The notes: a model not told the origin generated them from the letters alone. Shown: positions 24,720 through 40,004, counted from the stretch's first letter. The stretch: 64,000 nt of DNA from Octopus vulgaris (GCA_951406725.2 OX597836.1:48670001-48734000); one strand, 5' to 3'. Numbers and translations are program-made.

Positions 24720-26356
24720 CTTTTACAATATTAGACTTTGTCAGCGGAAAGAGATTGATAGAGACACTCTGCCAGTTGTGTTTAATCGATGAGCAAATTA
24801 TGATGGGGCGGAGAGAAAATGCATGCGATGTATTTAATTGTCTTGGAATGGCGTTTGCAAAAGAAAAAGAGCGATAGTTCAAAATGTTCGAGAAGCTCCG
24901 ATCTCTTGTTGCTTTCTGTGAGTTGAGTTGTGTGTTGCGTCATCTTCCCGCTTTCAGCTTCCAATAATGGTTATTGGAAAAACATTCGAAAATAGGAGCC
25001 AGGGGCACAAGTCATCCGTGTCACTCTACAACCTTTCCAGAAACAAGCTGTAAATAAGATCTCATTTTGTAGTGAAGCATAGCAACTGTGACCCCTGCGA
25101 TCTCAGACTAAACAATCCACCAAAGGACTCGGTAGTGGTGGTCTGCTTTAAAACCTAGAACATGTAAGCCATTGGTACGTGATCATAATTTTGGAGCCCA
25201 TCCGCGGATCTCCTGCAGCTCCAAATGAAATAGTCTCGTTGTGTTATGAACGTCAGGGAAGGCATGAGGTTAAGAGAAAGAAACCCGGCAGAAATATTAG
25301 AGTGGAGCCCCGTTGACAGCAAAATACATCCACCTGGCAGTTTTTTTTTTTCTTTTGGTTTTTCTTGATACCAAACTAATACCAAACGCGTTGCCTCTGC
25401 TTTCTTCTGGATTACGCCGGTGAAGACTGGTCTCACGGGAAACTCAAGCACTCCCCCATCTCGTAGGAGTTCCCAAATTCTTCTTTTCCGTCGTCTTGTG
25501 TGTCCTGTTACAAACACAATTCACGACCAAGACAACACTCAACGGCAACCCTGCTTACAAAAGTAAGCAAGGGCTGTTCATCGCCGCAATTGTTAAATCA
25601 GTAATCGGGTTCGTTTCTTCCAGAGGTGAATTCATTTCCTATCGATGGGTATTTTGTAAGTTATTTAAAGGTAGAGGCATTGCTAATGACTTTCACTAAC
25701 CCCTTCCTTTCCGAGCGATCTGGAAAAGGAAACAGCTTTGAAGAGAAAGCTCGCCACAAACTGGTCCCTGCAAAGTTACCAAAGGGTCATGTTAAGGAGT
25801 TAAAAAAAGGACAATATGTTAGGTCTGCTTCTCAAATGATCAGGTCTTGTGTCTTACTAGTTTTATGTACCAAAATGTAACACTTTGGCACCCGTTGTCT
25901 TTCACCCTCAGTCAAGAACCATTCAAAATGTTTCAGCTAATTTACCTCGTTATCTAAAAATATTCCCGAGAGATCTTTTATGGATCATGGTAGAAGTGAT
26001 ATACACATCTTCGTCATCAGCGGGATTTGGATCTACATACTGTAAGGAAATTATTTAATCCGGCAGCTTTCCATTTCTGGCAAGAAATCATCTCCATCGT
26101 TATTTGTTTATAAAAAACAAAACTTGTCTTATAAAGATGCTTTATTTGCTTTTAGTGCTTTCAATACGAAATGTCACCAGTAAGAGATATATTTGGTGTT
26201 GGGGAAATGCTATTATTTGAGCGGGAGTGCAAGGGAGATAACTTCTGAACGCTTTTACAATATTAGACTTTGTCAGCGGAAAGAGATTGATAGAGAGGCG
26301 CTTTTGCCAGTTGTGTTCAATCGATGAGCAAATTATGATGGGGCGGAGAGAAAATG
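24720..26356. repeat. About 105-bp direct repeats (24720-24822 and 26252-26356) around a decayed interior
   Basis: ttttacaatattagactttgtcagcggaaagagattgatagag...gatgagcaaattatgatggggcggagagaaaatg is present twice. Confidence 0.85.
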
Positions 26357-26738
26357 TCATGTGACCTCACTAATAATTGAAACTGAAGAGTTGAGAAAAT
26401 GTGAGAGGGTAGCAGGAAGAGGAATAATTAGGGAAAGTAGGAGTGAGGAGGAAATGAAAGAAGAGAAAGTGCATATGCAAGGAAAGAGAGAAAAAGAAAA
26501 AAAGATAGACGGATAGAGAGAGAGAGGGGGGGGGAAGATATAGTGGAGGAATGATAAAAGAAGGAAGAGTGCTTTGAGCCTTTCAAGACTGTTGATTGGA
26601 GGATTTAATAGAAAAGGAACTCACGTGTTGGACGTTCGTTATTTGAATTGGAATATCGATCGCGTATTACTTTCCACCTTTCCTTCTCTCCTTTCTCTTT
26701 CTTGTGTATGTATGTGTGTATGTATGTATGTATGTATG

Positions 26739-26771
<33 letters not shown>

Positions 26772-26936
26772 GTGTATGTATGTGTGTATGTATGTGTGTA
26801 TGTTTGTGTGTTTGTGTGTATGTCCTACGAAAGCTTGTAAACGACTTCAACGTGTTGTAGTTCCCAGGGTAGAAGCAACTCTGTGACATCTTAGCAAATA
26901 GCATTTCTTCCTCTGAGCCCGCGCACACACAGACAC

Positions 26937-26997
<61 letters not shown>

Positions 26998-28243
26998 ATA
27001 TGTAATATATATATGTATATATAATATGTAATATATATATATATATATAATATGTAGAAAAATACAAACTGGGACAAGAACGTAAAACATTTAGAAGACG
27101 ATACAAAAAACACGGACGGGACATTCGAAGCCTTCAATCTTCAGTCAAGAACCGGATCATCCTAGCAATTTCGGCTGATTAATCTTCAGATCGCTCCGAT
27201 CCGGCCAGCCCCAAGGAAAAACTAAGCTACGAGCATTAGATTTCTTGGAAGAAGGATCGAATGTATACGAAACAGGGACTGAAAAACGGACGATGCCACA
27301 CGAATATAAAATACAAAAAACAATAATGGTAAAAACAGGACAAAAACAGCGGGTGTCTTACGACTAATAAACAGTACAACAAGTTTAGCTGGCGTATTTG
27401 GAAAAAATGCCTTTATCGGCAGACGAAGACAACAGATGTTCTCACGGCAGTGGTCGGAGGCCAATATATACTTTATTTAAAAGCAGCAGAAATTTAACAA
27501 AAGCTGTTACTCGGAGTTTCACGTTCCCGAACTCTGTACAACCTGTCGCATTGTCGGGCCGTCGGCGACTAATCCGGCAAGCGTGCTGAGCCTTCTTGGT
27601 AAGGAAGGTGGCTTTCGTTGGACACCGTGCAGGATGGAAAACAAAATCTGTCAAAAGACGGGCGAACTCAGCAGAACCAACGGCCACCCAGGAGCTGGGA
27701 GTGAGAGATCCCTGGTTTTTGTTTAGGCATGTCTCCAAGAGAAGGCACATTCACGTCTTTGGGAAACCGAGAACCTTGCTCTTGCTTGTTACTGGACTTC
27801 ATGGTTTTGTGGGTGGGACTCTTAGTAATGTTGTGCAAGCTGTTACTGACTTCCAATTTCAGACTGGACATTGCTGACAGTCATTGGCTAGGATAATTGA
27901 TGGTCATGGTCGTCTACGAGTTGACTTCCACCATGTGTCCAAATATGCGTGTGTATATGTATGTATAAATAATTGTGTGTTAAGTTGTATATTAAATTAA
28001 AATCATCATTTGTGTATCATACTAAATGTATGTATGTCGTTAGAAGGCATGATGTTGTGTAATTGTCTGATATAAAACATCTTCATAGACTTGTGTTAAA
28101 ACACGATATATATCAGAGGAAGACAAAAACCGTTGCCGAAGTCACTCAAGAAAGTCATTTTGCCTTTCTTGAGGTTTGCCAGTGTTGTGCGTCCTCTTCA
28201 CCCCTGCTTCAAGGAAACCCATGTCTCAATACACACATACACA

Positions 28244-28321
<78 letters not shown>

Positions 28322-28452
28322 GGAAACAAGGAATAAAACGCTCACTGCTACTGTGGAAGAAGCATGCTGAGGTGTAGAAAGTCTCAGTGTACATAACTGA
28401 AATTTTCATTTAAATTCAATGATGTTTCAATTTTACACACATACACACGCAT

Positions 28453-28499
<47 letters not shown>

Positions 28500-28823
28500 C
28501 AAACACACGCACACACACATGCAGACACACACATACACACAGACACACACACATGCACACAGACACACACAGATGGTACGAAGCGGTGTTATGAAGAAAG
28601 AAAAGAGTACTCAATACTTATAATAAATCAATTTTATTGTTGTTGTTCATCACTGTCCCAATAAGTCACCATTCAAACTACACACACACACACACACACA
28701 CACATACAACATATATCTCACTCTATACTTGTATTTATATACGCATATACACAGAGAGACAATAACGCGTGTATAATTACATGTATTTCCTTATTCATAC
28801 CTATCCATGCATGAATGAGTGTG

Positions 28824-28895
<72 letters not shown>

Positions 28896-29031
28896 ATAAT
28901 AAGAGTAAATAATTTCTATAATGGTTTTTAAAAAAACCCACAATTATTTACTGGTAGAATTCGGTATGTAAATATAGCCGATTAACGGTAGGAACTTCTG
29001 TAAAGTTCAGTATATATATACATATATATAT

Positions 29032-29277
29032 AAGTAAAAGGGACAGGCAACAGTTTCTTGGCCGCATACCGAAAAATTAGAAATAGCAGTCAAGACTGTT
29101 TTTTTCTATTTTCTACAAGTGGGGCTCCACACACGACATACCCTGTAATTCACATATGCAGAATTACAGGGTATGTCGTGTGTGGAGCCCCATTTGTAGA
29201 AAATAGAAATGAACAGTCTTGACTGCTATTTCTAATTTTTCGGTATGCGGCCAAGCAACTTGTTGCCTGTCCCTTTT

Positions 29278-29281
<4 letters not shown>
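29032..29281. repeat. About 250-bp near-perfect palindrome (MITE-like fold-back) flanked by (TA)n
   Basis: Arms 29032-29151 and 29161-29281 are reverse complements with few mismatches; 9-nt loop. Confidence 0.92.
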
Positions 29282-29340
<59 letters not shown>

Positions 29341-29605
29341 ATGTATATGTATGTACGTATGTGTGTGCTAATAAGTGTGTATGTGTCTATAAATATACAT
29401 GTAATATTTGTGTGTGTGAGTACATGTGTTCATTTTCATGTTCGTATCTGGATTTATGTCCAAACATAACATCTATTTTCGCATCTGTTTTTCATGCGTC
29501 CAAGTATTATTTCTCTCTGGCACCATTTTTGAAGATGCCCCACACAGCACTCCAACTTCGTTTTTGGTTCAATACGTTTTTGCAAGACATACGCGGTGTT
29601 CGATT

Positions 29606-29725
29606 TCAATCAAGGAAATTCAGTCTGCCCGTAATGAAGTTGCCCAAATCGCTCGGCTCATCCGACTGGAAATACTCGAAAGACAATTCCTTGAAATACT
29701 CTAAATCGACGACCTTTTCTTGGTT
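29606..29725 (-). CDS. Calexcitin/SCP-like EF-hand protein, exon 6 (terminal)
   Basis: tttcag| NQEKVVDLEYFKELSFEYFQSDEPSDLGNFITGRLNFLD*; matches the calexcitin/SCP C-terminal EYF.S.D...GN.I.G.L pattern. Confidence 0.9.
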   Translation of the reverse strand, partial: NQEKVVDLEYFKELSFEYFQSDEPSDLGNFITGRLNFLD

Positions 29726-29877
29726 CTGAAACGACATGACGTCACAAATATGCAAATTAGAAAAGAAGGACACTAACAAATAAAGGTGTCCCCTAATATA
29801 ACCTCTCGGGTCCACCAAATTTTCTGTCGGTGAAATTTGTTTGTCGTGTGGGAACAACTCGTTCATTGTGTTAAATA

Positions 29878-29968
<91 letters not shown>

Positions 29969-30198
29969 ACACACATACATACATACATACATACATACAT
30001 ACATACATACATACATACATACATACATACATACATACACATGTATGTGTGAGTATCTATTTATATTTACATTCATAGATATATGCATATGTATGTATGT
30101 GTATATATATATACATGCAAATATATATATATATAATCCAAATACACACACATATATATACATATATATGCATAAATGTACTCACATATACATATATA

Positions 30199-31613
<1,415 letters not shown>

Positions 31614-31887
31614 TGAGAATTTACAAAAAAACAACAATAAAAGACGAAGACGGGTGTGTAAACAACAAACAGATGTATTAGTTTAACGCTCGGGAAGTGA
31701 GAAAGTCTTATGTATAAACGTGTATATGTACATATATATACACTCATACACACATATACGCACACACACGTAAAGCAAGTTGAATGTGTAGAAAATAAAA
31801 CCATAAAGAATGTGGATATGTGTATACCTCTATGAGTGAGCGGGTATGTCTGCCTACGTGTCTATCTGTGTGTGTGTGTGTGTATCT

Positions 31888-31918
<31 letters not shown>

Positions 31919-32080
31919 CACAAGCCTTTTTAATCTTTGAGTTACTCAGTTTCATCAACAAATAATTTAGTGAATGATGTGCAGGGGTCTGAAGATTGTT
32001 GTAAGGTTCGCAGTCGGATATTATGAAACTGCAGGTACTCCGATGGATCAATAGGTTTTTTTAATAAACACACACATACA

Positions 32081-35000
32081 CACTCACTCACTCACTCACT
32101 CACTCACTCATTCACTCACTCACTCACTCACTCATTCACTCACTCACTCACTCATTCACTCACTCACTCACTCACTCACTCACTCACTCACTCATCACTC
32201 ACTCACTCATTCACTCACTCACTCACTCACTCACTCACTCACTCACTCACTCACTCACTCACTCACTCACTCTCACTCACTCACTCACTCATCACTCACT
32301 CACTCATTCACTCACTCACTCATTCAACTCACTCACTCACTCACTCACTCACTCACTCACTCATTCACTCACTCACTCACTCATTCACTCACTCACTCAT
32401 TCACTCACTCACTCATTCACTCACTCACTCACTCACTCACTCACTCATTCACTCACTCACTCATTCACTCACTCACTCACTCATTCACTCACTCACTCAC
32501 TCACTCACTCACTCACTCACTCACTCATTCACTCACTCACTCACTTACTCACTCACTCATTCACTCACTCACTCATTCACTCACTCATTCACTCTTTCAC
32601 TCACTCACTCACTCATTCACTCACTCACTCATTCACTCACTCACTCACTCATTCACTCACTCACTCACTCACTCACTCACTCACTCACTCACTCACTCAC
32701 TCACTCACTCATTCACTCACTCACTCACTCACTCATTCACTCACTCACTCACTCACTCACTCTCACTCTCTCACTCACTCACTCTTCACTCACTCTCACT
32801 CACTCACTCACTCACTCTCACTCATCATTCACTCACTCACTCATAATCACTCACTCACTCACTCACTCACTCACTCACTCACTCACCATTCAACTCACTC
32901 ACTCACTCACTCACTCATTCACTCACTCACTCACTCATCACTCACTCACTCACTCACTCACTCACTCACTCACTCACTCACTCACTCACTCACTCATTCA
33001 CTCACTCACTCACTCAATCACTCACTCACTCACTCACTCACTCACTCACTCACTCACTTCACTCACTCACTCACTCACTCACTCACTCACTCACTCACTT
33101 ACTCACTCACTCACTCACTCATTCACTCACTCACTCACTCATTCACTCACTCACTCACTCACTCACTCACTCACTCATTCACTCACTCACTCACTCACTC
33201 ACTCACTCACTCACTCATTCACTCACTCACTCACTCATTCACTCACTCACTCACTTAATCACTCACTCACTCACTCACTCACTTACTCACTCACTCACTC
33301 ACTCACTCACTCACTCACTCACTCACTCATTCACTCACTCACTCACTCACTCACTTACTCACTCACTCACTCACTCACTCACTCATTCACTCACTCACTC
33401 ACTCATTCACTCACTCACTCACTTAATCACTCACTCACTCACTCACTCACTCATTCACTCACTCACTTACTCACTTACTCACTCACTCACTCATTCACTC
33501 ACTCACTCACTCATTCACTCACTCACTCACTTAATCACTCACTCACTCACTCACTCACTCACTCACTCACTCACTCACTCACTCATTCACTCACTCACTC
33601 ACTCACTCATTCACTCACTCACTCACTCACTCATTCACTCACTCACTCACTCACTCACTCACTCATTCACTCACTCACTCATTCACTCACTCATTCACTC
33701 TTTCACTCACTCACTCACTCATTCACTCACTCACTCATTCACTCACTCACTCACTCATTCACTCACTCACTCACTCACTCACTCACTCACTCACTCACTC
33801 ACTCATTCACTCACTCACTCACTCACTCATTCACTCACTCACTCACTCACTCATTCACTCACTCACTCACTCACTCACTCACTCATTCACTCTCTCACTC
33901 ACTCACTCTTTCACTCACTCATTCACTCACTCACTCACTCACTCATTCACTCACTCACTCACTCATTCACTCACTCACTCACTTAATCACTCACTCACTC
34001 ACTCACTCACTCACTCACTCATTCACTCACTCACTCACTCACTCACTCACTCACTCACTCATTCACTCACTCACTCACTCACTCACTCACTTAATCACTC
34101 ACTCACTCACTCACTCACTCACTCACTCACTCACTCATTCACTCACTCACTCACTCACTTACTCACTTACTCACTCACTCACTCACTCATTCACTCACTC
34201 ACTCACTCATTCACTCACTTAATCACTCACTCACTCACTCACTCACTCACTCACTCACTCACTCACTCACTCACTCACTCACTCACTTACTCACTCACTC
34301 ACTCACTCACTCACTCATTCACTCACTCACTCACTCATTCACTCACTCACTCACTCACTCACTCACTCATTCACTCACTCACTCACTCACTTACTCACTC
34401 ACTCACTCACTCACTCACTCACTCACTCATTCACTCACTCACTCACTCATTCACTCACTCACTCACTCACTCACTCACTCACTCACTCACTCACTTACTC
34501 ACTCACTCACTCACTCACTCATTCACTCACTCACTCACTCATTCACTCACTCACTCACTAACTCACTTACTCACTCACTCACTCACTCACTCACTCATTC
34601 ACTCACTCACTCACTCATTCACTCACTCACTCACTTAATCACTCACTCACTCACTCACTCACTCATTCACTCACTCACTTACTCACTCACTCACTCATTC
34701 ACTCACTCACTCACTCATTCACTCACTCACTCACTTAATCACTCACTCACTCACTCACTCACTCACTCACTCACTCACTCACTCATTCACTCACTCATTC
34801 ACTCACTCACTTACTCACTCACTCACTCACTCACTCACTCATTCACTCACTCACTCACTCATTCACTCACTCACTCACTTAATCACTCACTCACTCACTC
34901 ACTCACTTACTCACTCACTCACTCACTCACTCACTTACTCACTCACTCACTCACTCACTCACTCATTCACTCATTCACTCACTCACTCATTCACTCACTC

Positions 35001-35834
35001 ACTCATTCACTCACTCACTCACTCACTCTCTCACTCACTCACTCTTTCACTCACTCACTCACTCACTCACTCATTCACTCACTCACTCACTCATTCACTC
35101 ACTCACTCACTTAATCACTCACTCACTCACTCACTCACTCATTCACACACTCACTTACTCACTTACTCACTTACTCACTCACTCACTCATTCACTCACTC
35201 ACTCACTCATTCACTCACTCACTCACTTAATCACTCACTCACCCACTCACTCACTCACTCATTCACTCACTCATTCACTCACTCACTTACTCACTCACTC
35301 ACTCACTCACTCATTCACTCACTCACTCACTCATTCACTCACTCACTCACTTAATCACTCACTCACTCACTCACTCACTTACTCACTCACTCACTCACTC
35401 ACTCACTTACTCACTCACTCACTCACTCACTCATTCACTCATTCACTCACTCACTCTCTCACTCACTCACTCATTCACTCACTCACTCACTCACTCTCTC
35501 ACTCACTCACCCTTTCACTCACTCACTCACTTACTCATTCACTCACTCACTCACTCACTCACTCACTCACTCACTTACTCACTCACTCATTCACTCACTC
35601 ACTCACTCACTCTCTCACTCACTCACTCTTTCACTCACTCACTCACTCATTCACTCACTCACTCCCTCACTCACTCACTCACTCACTCACTCACTCATTC
35701 ACTCACTCACTCCCTCACTCACTCACTCACTCACTCACTCACTCACTCATTCACTCACTCACTCACTCACTCTCTCACTCACTCACTCTTTCACTCACTC
35801 ACTCAATCAGTCACTCACTCACTCACTCACTCAC
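32081..35834. repeat. 3.75-kb (CACT)n tetranucleotide array with recurrent variant units
   Basis: Seen directly; variants CATT, CTTA, CTTAAT and CTCTTT are interspersed. Confidence 0.98.
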
Positions 35835-35938
35835 ACACGCGCTTACACACCCCACCACACACAGATGCACGCACATTCACGTGCATCAAACCAGATCGCT
35901 CGATAAACAAATGAATCATTAGAGACGGTCAGAGATAC

Positions 35939-36036
35939 CTTTGAGAATATGATGAATGCAGTCCTGGCGTCTTTTGCAGGAACTCCAAAGTCTGACAGAA
36001 CATACTCGAATTCCTCAATATCGATGATTCCATCTC
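35939..36036 (-). CDS. Calexcitin/SCP-like, exon 5 (EF-hand 3)
   Basis: attcag|GA GAT...: (R)DGIIDIEEFEYVLSDFGVPAKDARTAFIIFSK; donor AAG|GTATCT. Completes the loop DRTRDGIIDIEE. Confidence 0.92.
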
Positions 36037-36299
36037 CTGAATAGAATAATGTTTAGAAGCTCCAGGTTACTCAGAGGACAACATGGATGTTATAGAAACA
36101 ACGCGATTGACGGAAAAAACCATTTTGTTAAAAGCACGCGAAGCAGCGTGGTTCGTTTGGAATTTTCTACTTTTTTTTCATATACATAAAGTCTATAGAG
36201 AGAAGTTGTTCTCCGGGGCAAAAATCCCGCAGCGAATGCCATCGAGTGTACAAAATCGTATTAAAAATCAATGCACACACCGTGATTTTGATCTACGCT

Positions 36300-36936
36300 T
36301 TTTCGTGTTTGTGTTGAGTCAATTCTAGCTTGAGATGCTTCAGTACACATCGGCAAATATTTTGTTTGGTGATTTCTGTATAGGATTTTCTGTTAAACCC
36401 CAAAGAACCGCGGTGATATCTATCCACGAGAGAATTGGCCCCGCAGATGGGATGTTCGCATAATACCATCGGCTGGCAATCTAACTGAAACCATATGACC
36501 GGCGGTACGACATGCCTTTTTTTTAACACAATAACACTCGCACCCACATTACTAATTTGACCAAAAATCTTATTCAATAGCTGGATGAGGCAGTTCTACC
36601 ATACCCACTGCATTCTTCTTATATAACACCTTCAGATTATCGCCCTTTCGGTCGCTCTTCAACAATCTGTGAGGCGCTTCGCTCAACAACAATGTGGAGC
36701 TGAAAACGCGGTTTGAGGAATTCTTAGTCAAAACCCCGTGATTTCTACCATCAATGCATTGAATAATTCGTGAAATGTTAGGAAGAATTTGGGAACAATG
36801 AAGGAGAATATATTGCTGACAGATTTGTTAAAATTGTTGATGGAAAATAAGGATTAAAATATGGATTGATATGAACGGGGGGAGGGAGGATTGAAATAAA
36901 TGGAAAATAAAACGAATTTATCTGACAACCCAATAC
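36300..36936 (+). mobile_element. Decayed mariner 3' fragment with right TIR
   Basis: HNNTRTHITNLTKNLIQ*LDEAVLPYP..., FRSLFNNL*GASLNNNVELKTRFEEF, NNEGEYIAD; TIR-like ...atttatctgacaacccaata. Confidence 0.7.
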
Positions 36937-37285
36937 GTGTGTGTACGAATAAAACCGAACAAAAACAAAGCCAAGATGGCCATGACTGGAAGGTCTTCTC
37001 ATCAAACGCCCGTGTTATCAAGACGACATGAAACTAAATAACAACGACCACGGCGACAACAGCAACAATAATTCTTTGTAATTTTGGCACAAATTAAGCA
37101 ATTTTGAGGGGAGGGGTAGATCGACTACAATACTTAAACTGGTATTTTATTTTAATCAACCTCGAAAGGCTGAAAGGTAAAGTTGGCCTCGGTGGGATTC
37201 GAACTCAGTAAGGTAGAACAGCCGGAAGAAATAGCAATATGTGTTTTTATCTTTCGCCATAACAATTGTGTCAGCACGTCGCGTT

Positions 37286-37319
<34 letters not shown>

Positions 37320-37346
37320 GCAGCAGCTGCGGTAAAATCAACTCAC

Positions 37347-37506
37347 TGGTTCTGTCGTATAAACTAAAGCGATATTCAATATAGTCATCCAACCAATCAG
37401 GAATGTTGTGGGTGAGTCCAGCGGCAGGGGGAGGGCGGTTCCTGTCTTTGATTTTGCTTTTCTTTGATGTTGCCGCATTCAGTGCCAGATTGGTCCACAT
37501 TTTGAT
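37347..37506 (-). CDS. Calexcitin/SCP-like, exon 4
   Basis: ttgtag| IKMWTNLALNAATSKKSKIKDRNRPPPAAGLTHNIPDWLDDYIEYRFSLYDRT; donor A|GTGAGT, phase 1. Confidence 0.92.
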
Positions 37507-37560
37507 CTACAAAGAAGTATTACATACTTAGAGGCATACATACATACATACATACATACA

Positions 37561-37591
<31 letters not shown>

Positions 37592-37669
37592 GTACATACA
37601 TACATACATACATACATACATACATACTTACATATGTACATACATACAAACATACACGCATACATACTT

Positions 37670-38150
37670 ACAAATGTCTCTTTGGAAATCAAAGAAAAAG
37701 AGGATATCTATGGACAATTGCTTCGAAACCTCCAGCTTCTATATCCAGACTATGAAATCATATTCATACCAATAAACACCAACTCAAGGAATACTGGTGG
37801 AATATTCCCATCAAAACTTCCGTCAAATGTAAACATAACAGGTCGGATATTGTTGTTTGGGACATGGGGTAAAAGGTATGTACCATCATAGAGGTCTGCT
37901 GCCCTGCAGATATAAATATCTCTTTGAAAATCAAACTGCTTTGAAACCTCCAGCTTCTGTATCCAGACTATGAATTCATATTCATACCAATAATAATTGG
38001 AGCACAAAGTTTTGTTAGTAAATACTTAAAGGAGAATCTGGACAAACTGGGATTTTCAGAAAGAGAAATCGACCGGCTGATTCGTACATTACAAATGCAA
38101 TCTGTGAGTGGAACGGTAAAGACTTTTCTCAAGTTCCAAATGGGAATTTG
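37670..38150 (+). mobile_element. Rearranged 3' fragment of an R4/Dong-like RLE LINE
   Basis: KEKEDIYGQLLRNLQLLYPDYEIIFIPI, WNIPIKT and ENLDKLGFSEREI; homologous to 48280-48660. Confidence 0.75.
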
Positions 38151-38315
38151 TTGTATTAACTTCATACCAAAGATGAAGCCTTGTATCTTTGTTGGAAACT
38201 GGCTCACTCCTTTGTGGAAGATTTATAATAATTAAAAAATAGAAGAGATATACATACAGATATGCATGCATACATACACACATATTTCATTCACACAAAT
38301 ATATGTGTATATATA

Positions 38316-38370
<55 letters not shown>

Positions 38371-38721
38371 TAAACAGTAAAAATAATTACAGACATGGAC
38401 AAGAACATGAAACGCCACAGAGACGACACAAGAACCACAGGACGGGACATTCGAAGCCCTGTGTCAAGAACCAGATCATCTTATATATATATATATATAT
38501 ATATGTATAGTACACACACACACACAATAAGAATACGTAAAAACAATGTAAAAATAAAAAATAAAAAATAAACAACAAAACAAAACCAGGACGTAGGGTC
38601 TTTATTGAGTATGGGGCTGGCTTATGAAGTTGTGCCTAATGGCCACAGGGAGACGAACAAATACGTGTTGCTTCAGCGGCTGCTGGAACGAAATATATAT
38701 ATATACACACACACACACACA

Positions 38722-38780
<59 letters not shown>

Positions 38781-39289
38781 ATTTTATACATAAGCATTCA
38801 CACACATACACACACGCGTAAATTAAGAATTTATCGCGAATAGCATTTACCATTTACCACAATTACCCAACTTCTTGTCATTGTTCCATTTATTTTCTTT
38901 AGCTCCTCCTATCTGTAATTATGCAAATTACGTCATTCACCCACAGGCTCAGCTAAGCCGTACCACGCCGAAACATACGTCTATCGCTTTCTCTAGTTAG
39001 CAAACGTCAGCCTGCCGTTTTCATAAACTTTAAAGATTAATTCTAAACTTTCGACGTTATCTCCCCTTTGTTTTGAAGGTCGCTAACAATTGCTGCTAGG
39101 TTTGTGTTACTTCCTCTAACCTACGTAAACATTTCGTTAAACATAGAATCTACTGACATTCATTAGATGCTCATCTTAACTTACACATACATACGTACGT
39201 ACACACACCACACACACATACGCACACGCACACAAGCACACACACACATATGTGTATATATTATTATCTCTTTATCACCGGTTTTGTTG

Positions 39290-39625
39290 AAGCTCCTGGA
39301 GTCTCGCATGCGTAGCCGTCTTGCTACCTGCAGCCTACGGTACCATGCTATCCGTTCTTTTCACCTCTCTAATACTTTCCTGATTATTCTGGCCGTGCCA
39401 AGGAGACAAACCTTTTGTAACAGTTCTACTGGGCCCTCTATTCCCCTAGATGCCTCCTGATACTGTTCCCAAGGACCCAACAATAGTTGGCACTATCTTC
39501 ACCTCCTTCATTTTCCATAGCCGGATTATTTCGTACTTAAGAGGGTTGCATTTATCTTTTCATCTTCCTTCTTGCATGCAACATCAACAATACAGCATAT
39601 GTGGTGCACCTTGTCTGGTGTTGTT
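39290..39625 (-). mobile_element. 3' fragment of an RLE-type LINE next to (ATT)n
   Basis: Minus strand reads VKIVPTIVGSLGTVS...ELLQKVCLLGTARIIRKVLE. Confidence 0.65.
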
Positions 39626-39628
39626 GTC

Positions 39629-39697
<69 letters not shown>

Positions 39698-40004
39698 GTT
39701 ACTATTTCGCTTAGGAATAGCGGGGCTAATAACCTGGGGTTAGAACTCAATCCACGTTTGCTTCAGGACTTAGCGTCAGTCAAATGCTGTGTAGGAACAA
39801 GCGAGTAGAATATCAAATGAATGGGCAACCATCTTATGAATTTCATTGGCTTACAGATGTTTCTGCTATAGGATGCAATGCACTCATACTCATGAATGCT
39901 TGTGTGTGACTCTATAGCTTCATCGGAGCTTCAAAAATGACACGATGGCCATTGGTGGAATACTTTTGATCATAGGTCTCCTTCTAAGCAAGAGCAACAT
40001 ACAA

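Noticed and set aside
32081-35834. CRISPR array or telomere
   Set aside because: Simple tetranucleotide units with no unique spacers; not TTAGGG; intronic eukaryotic context.
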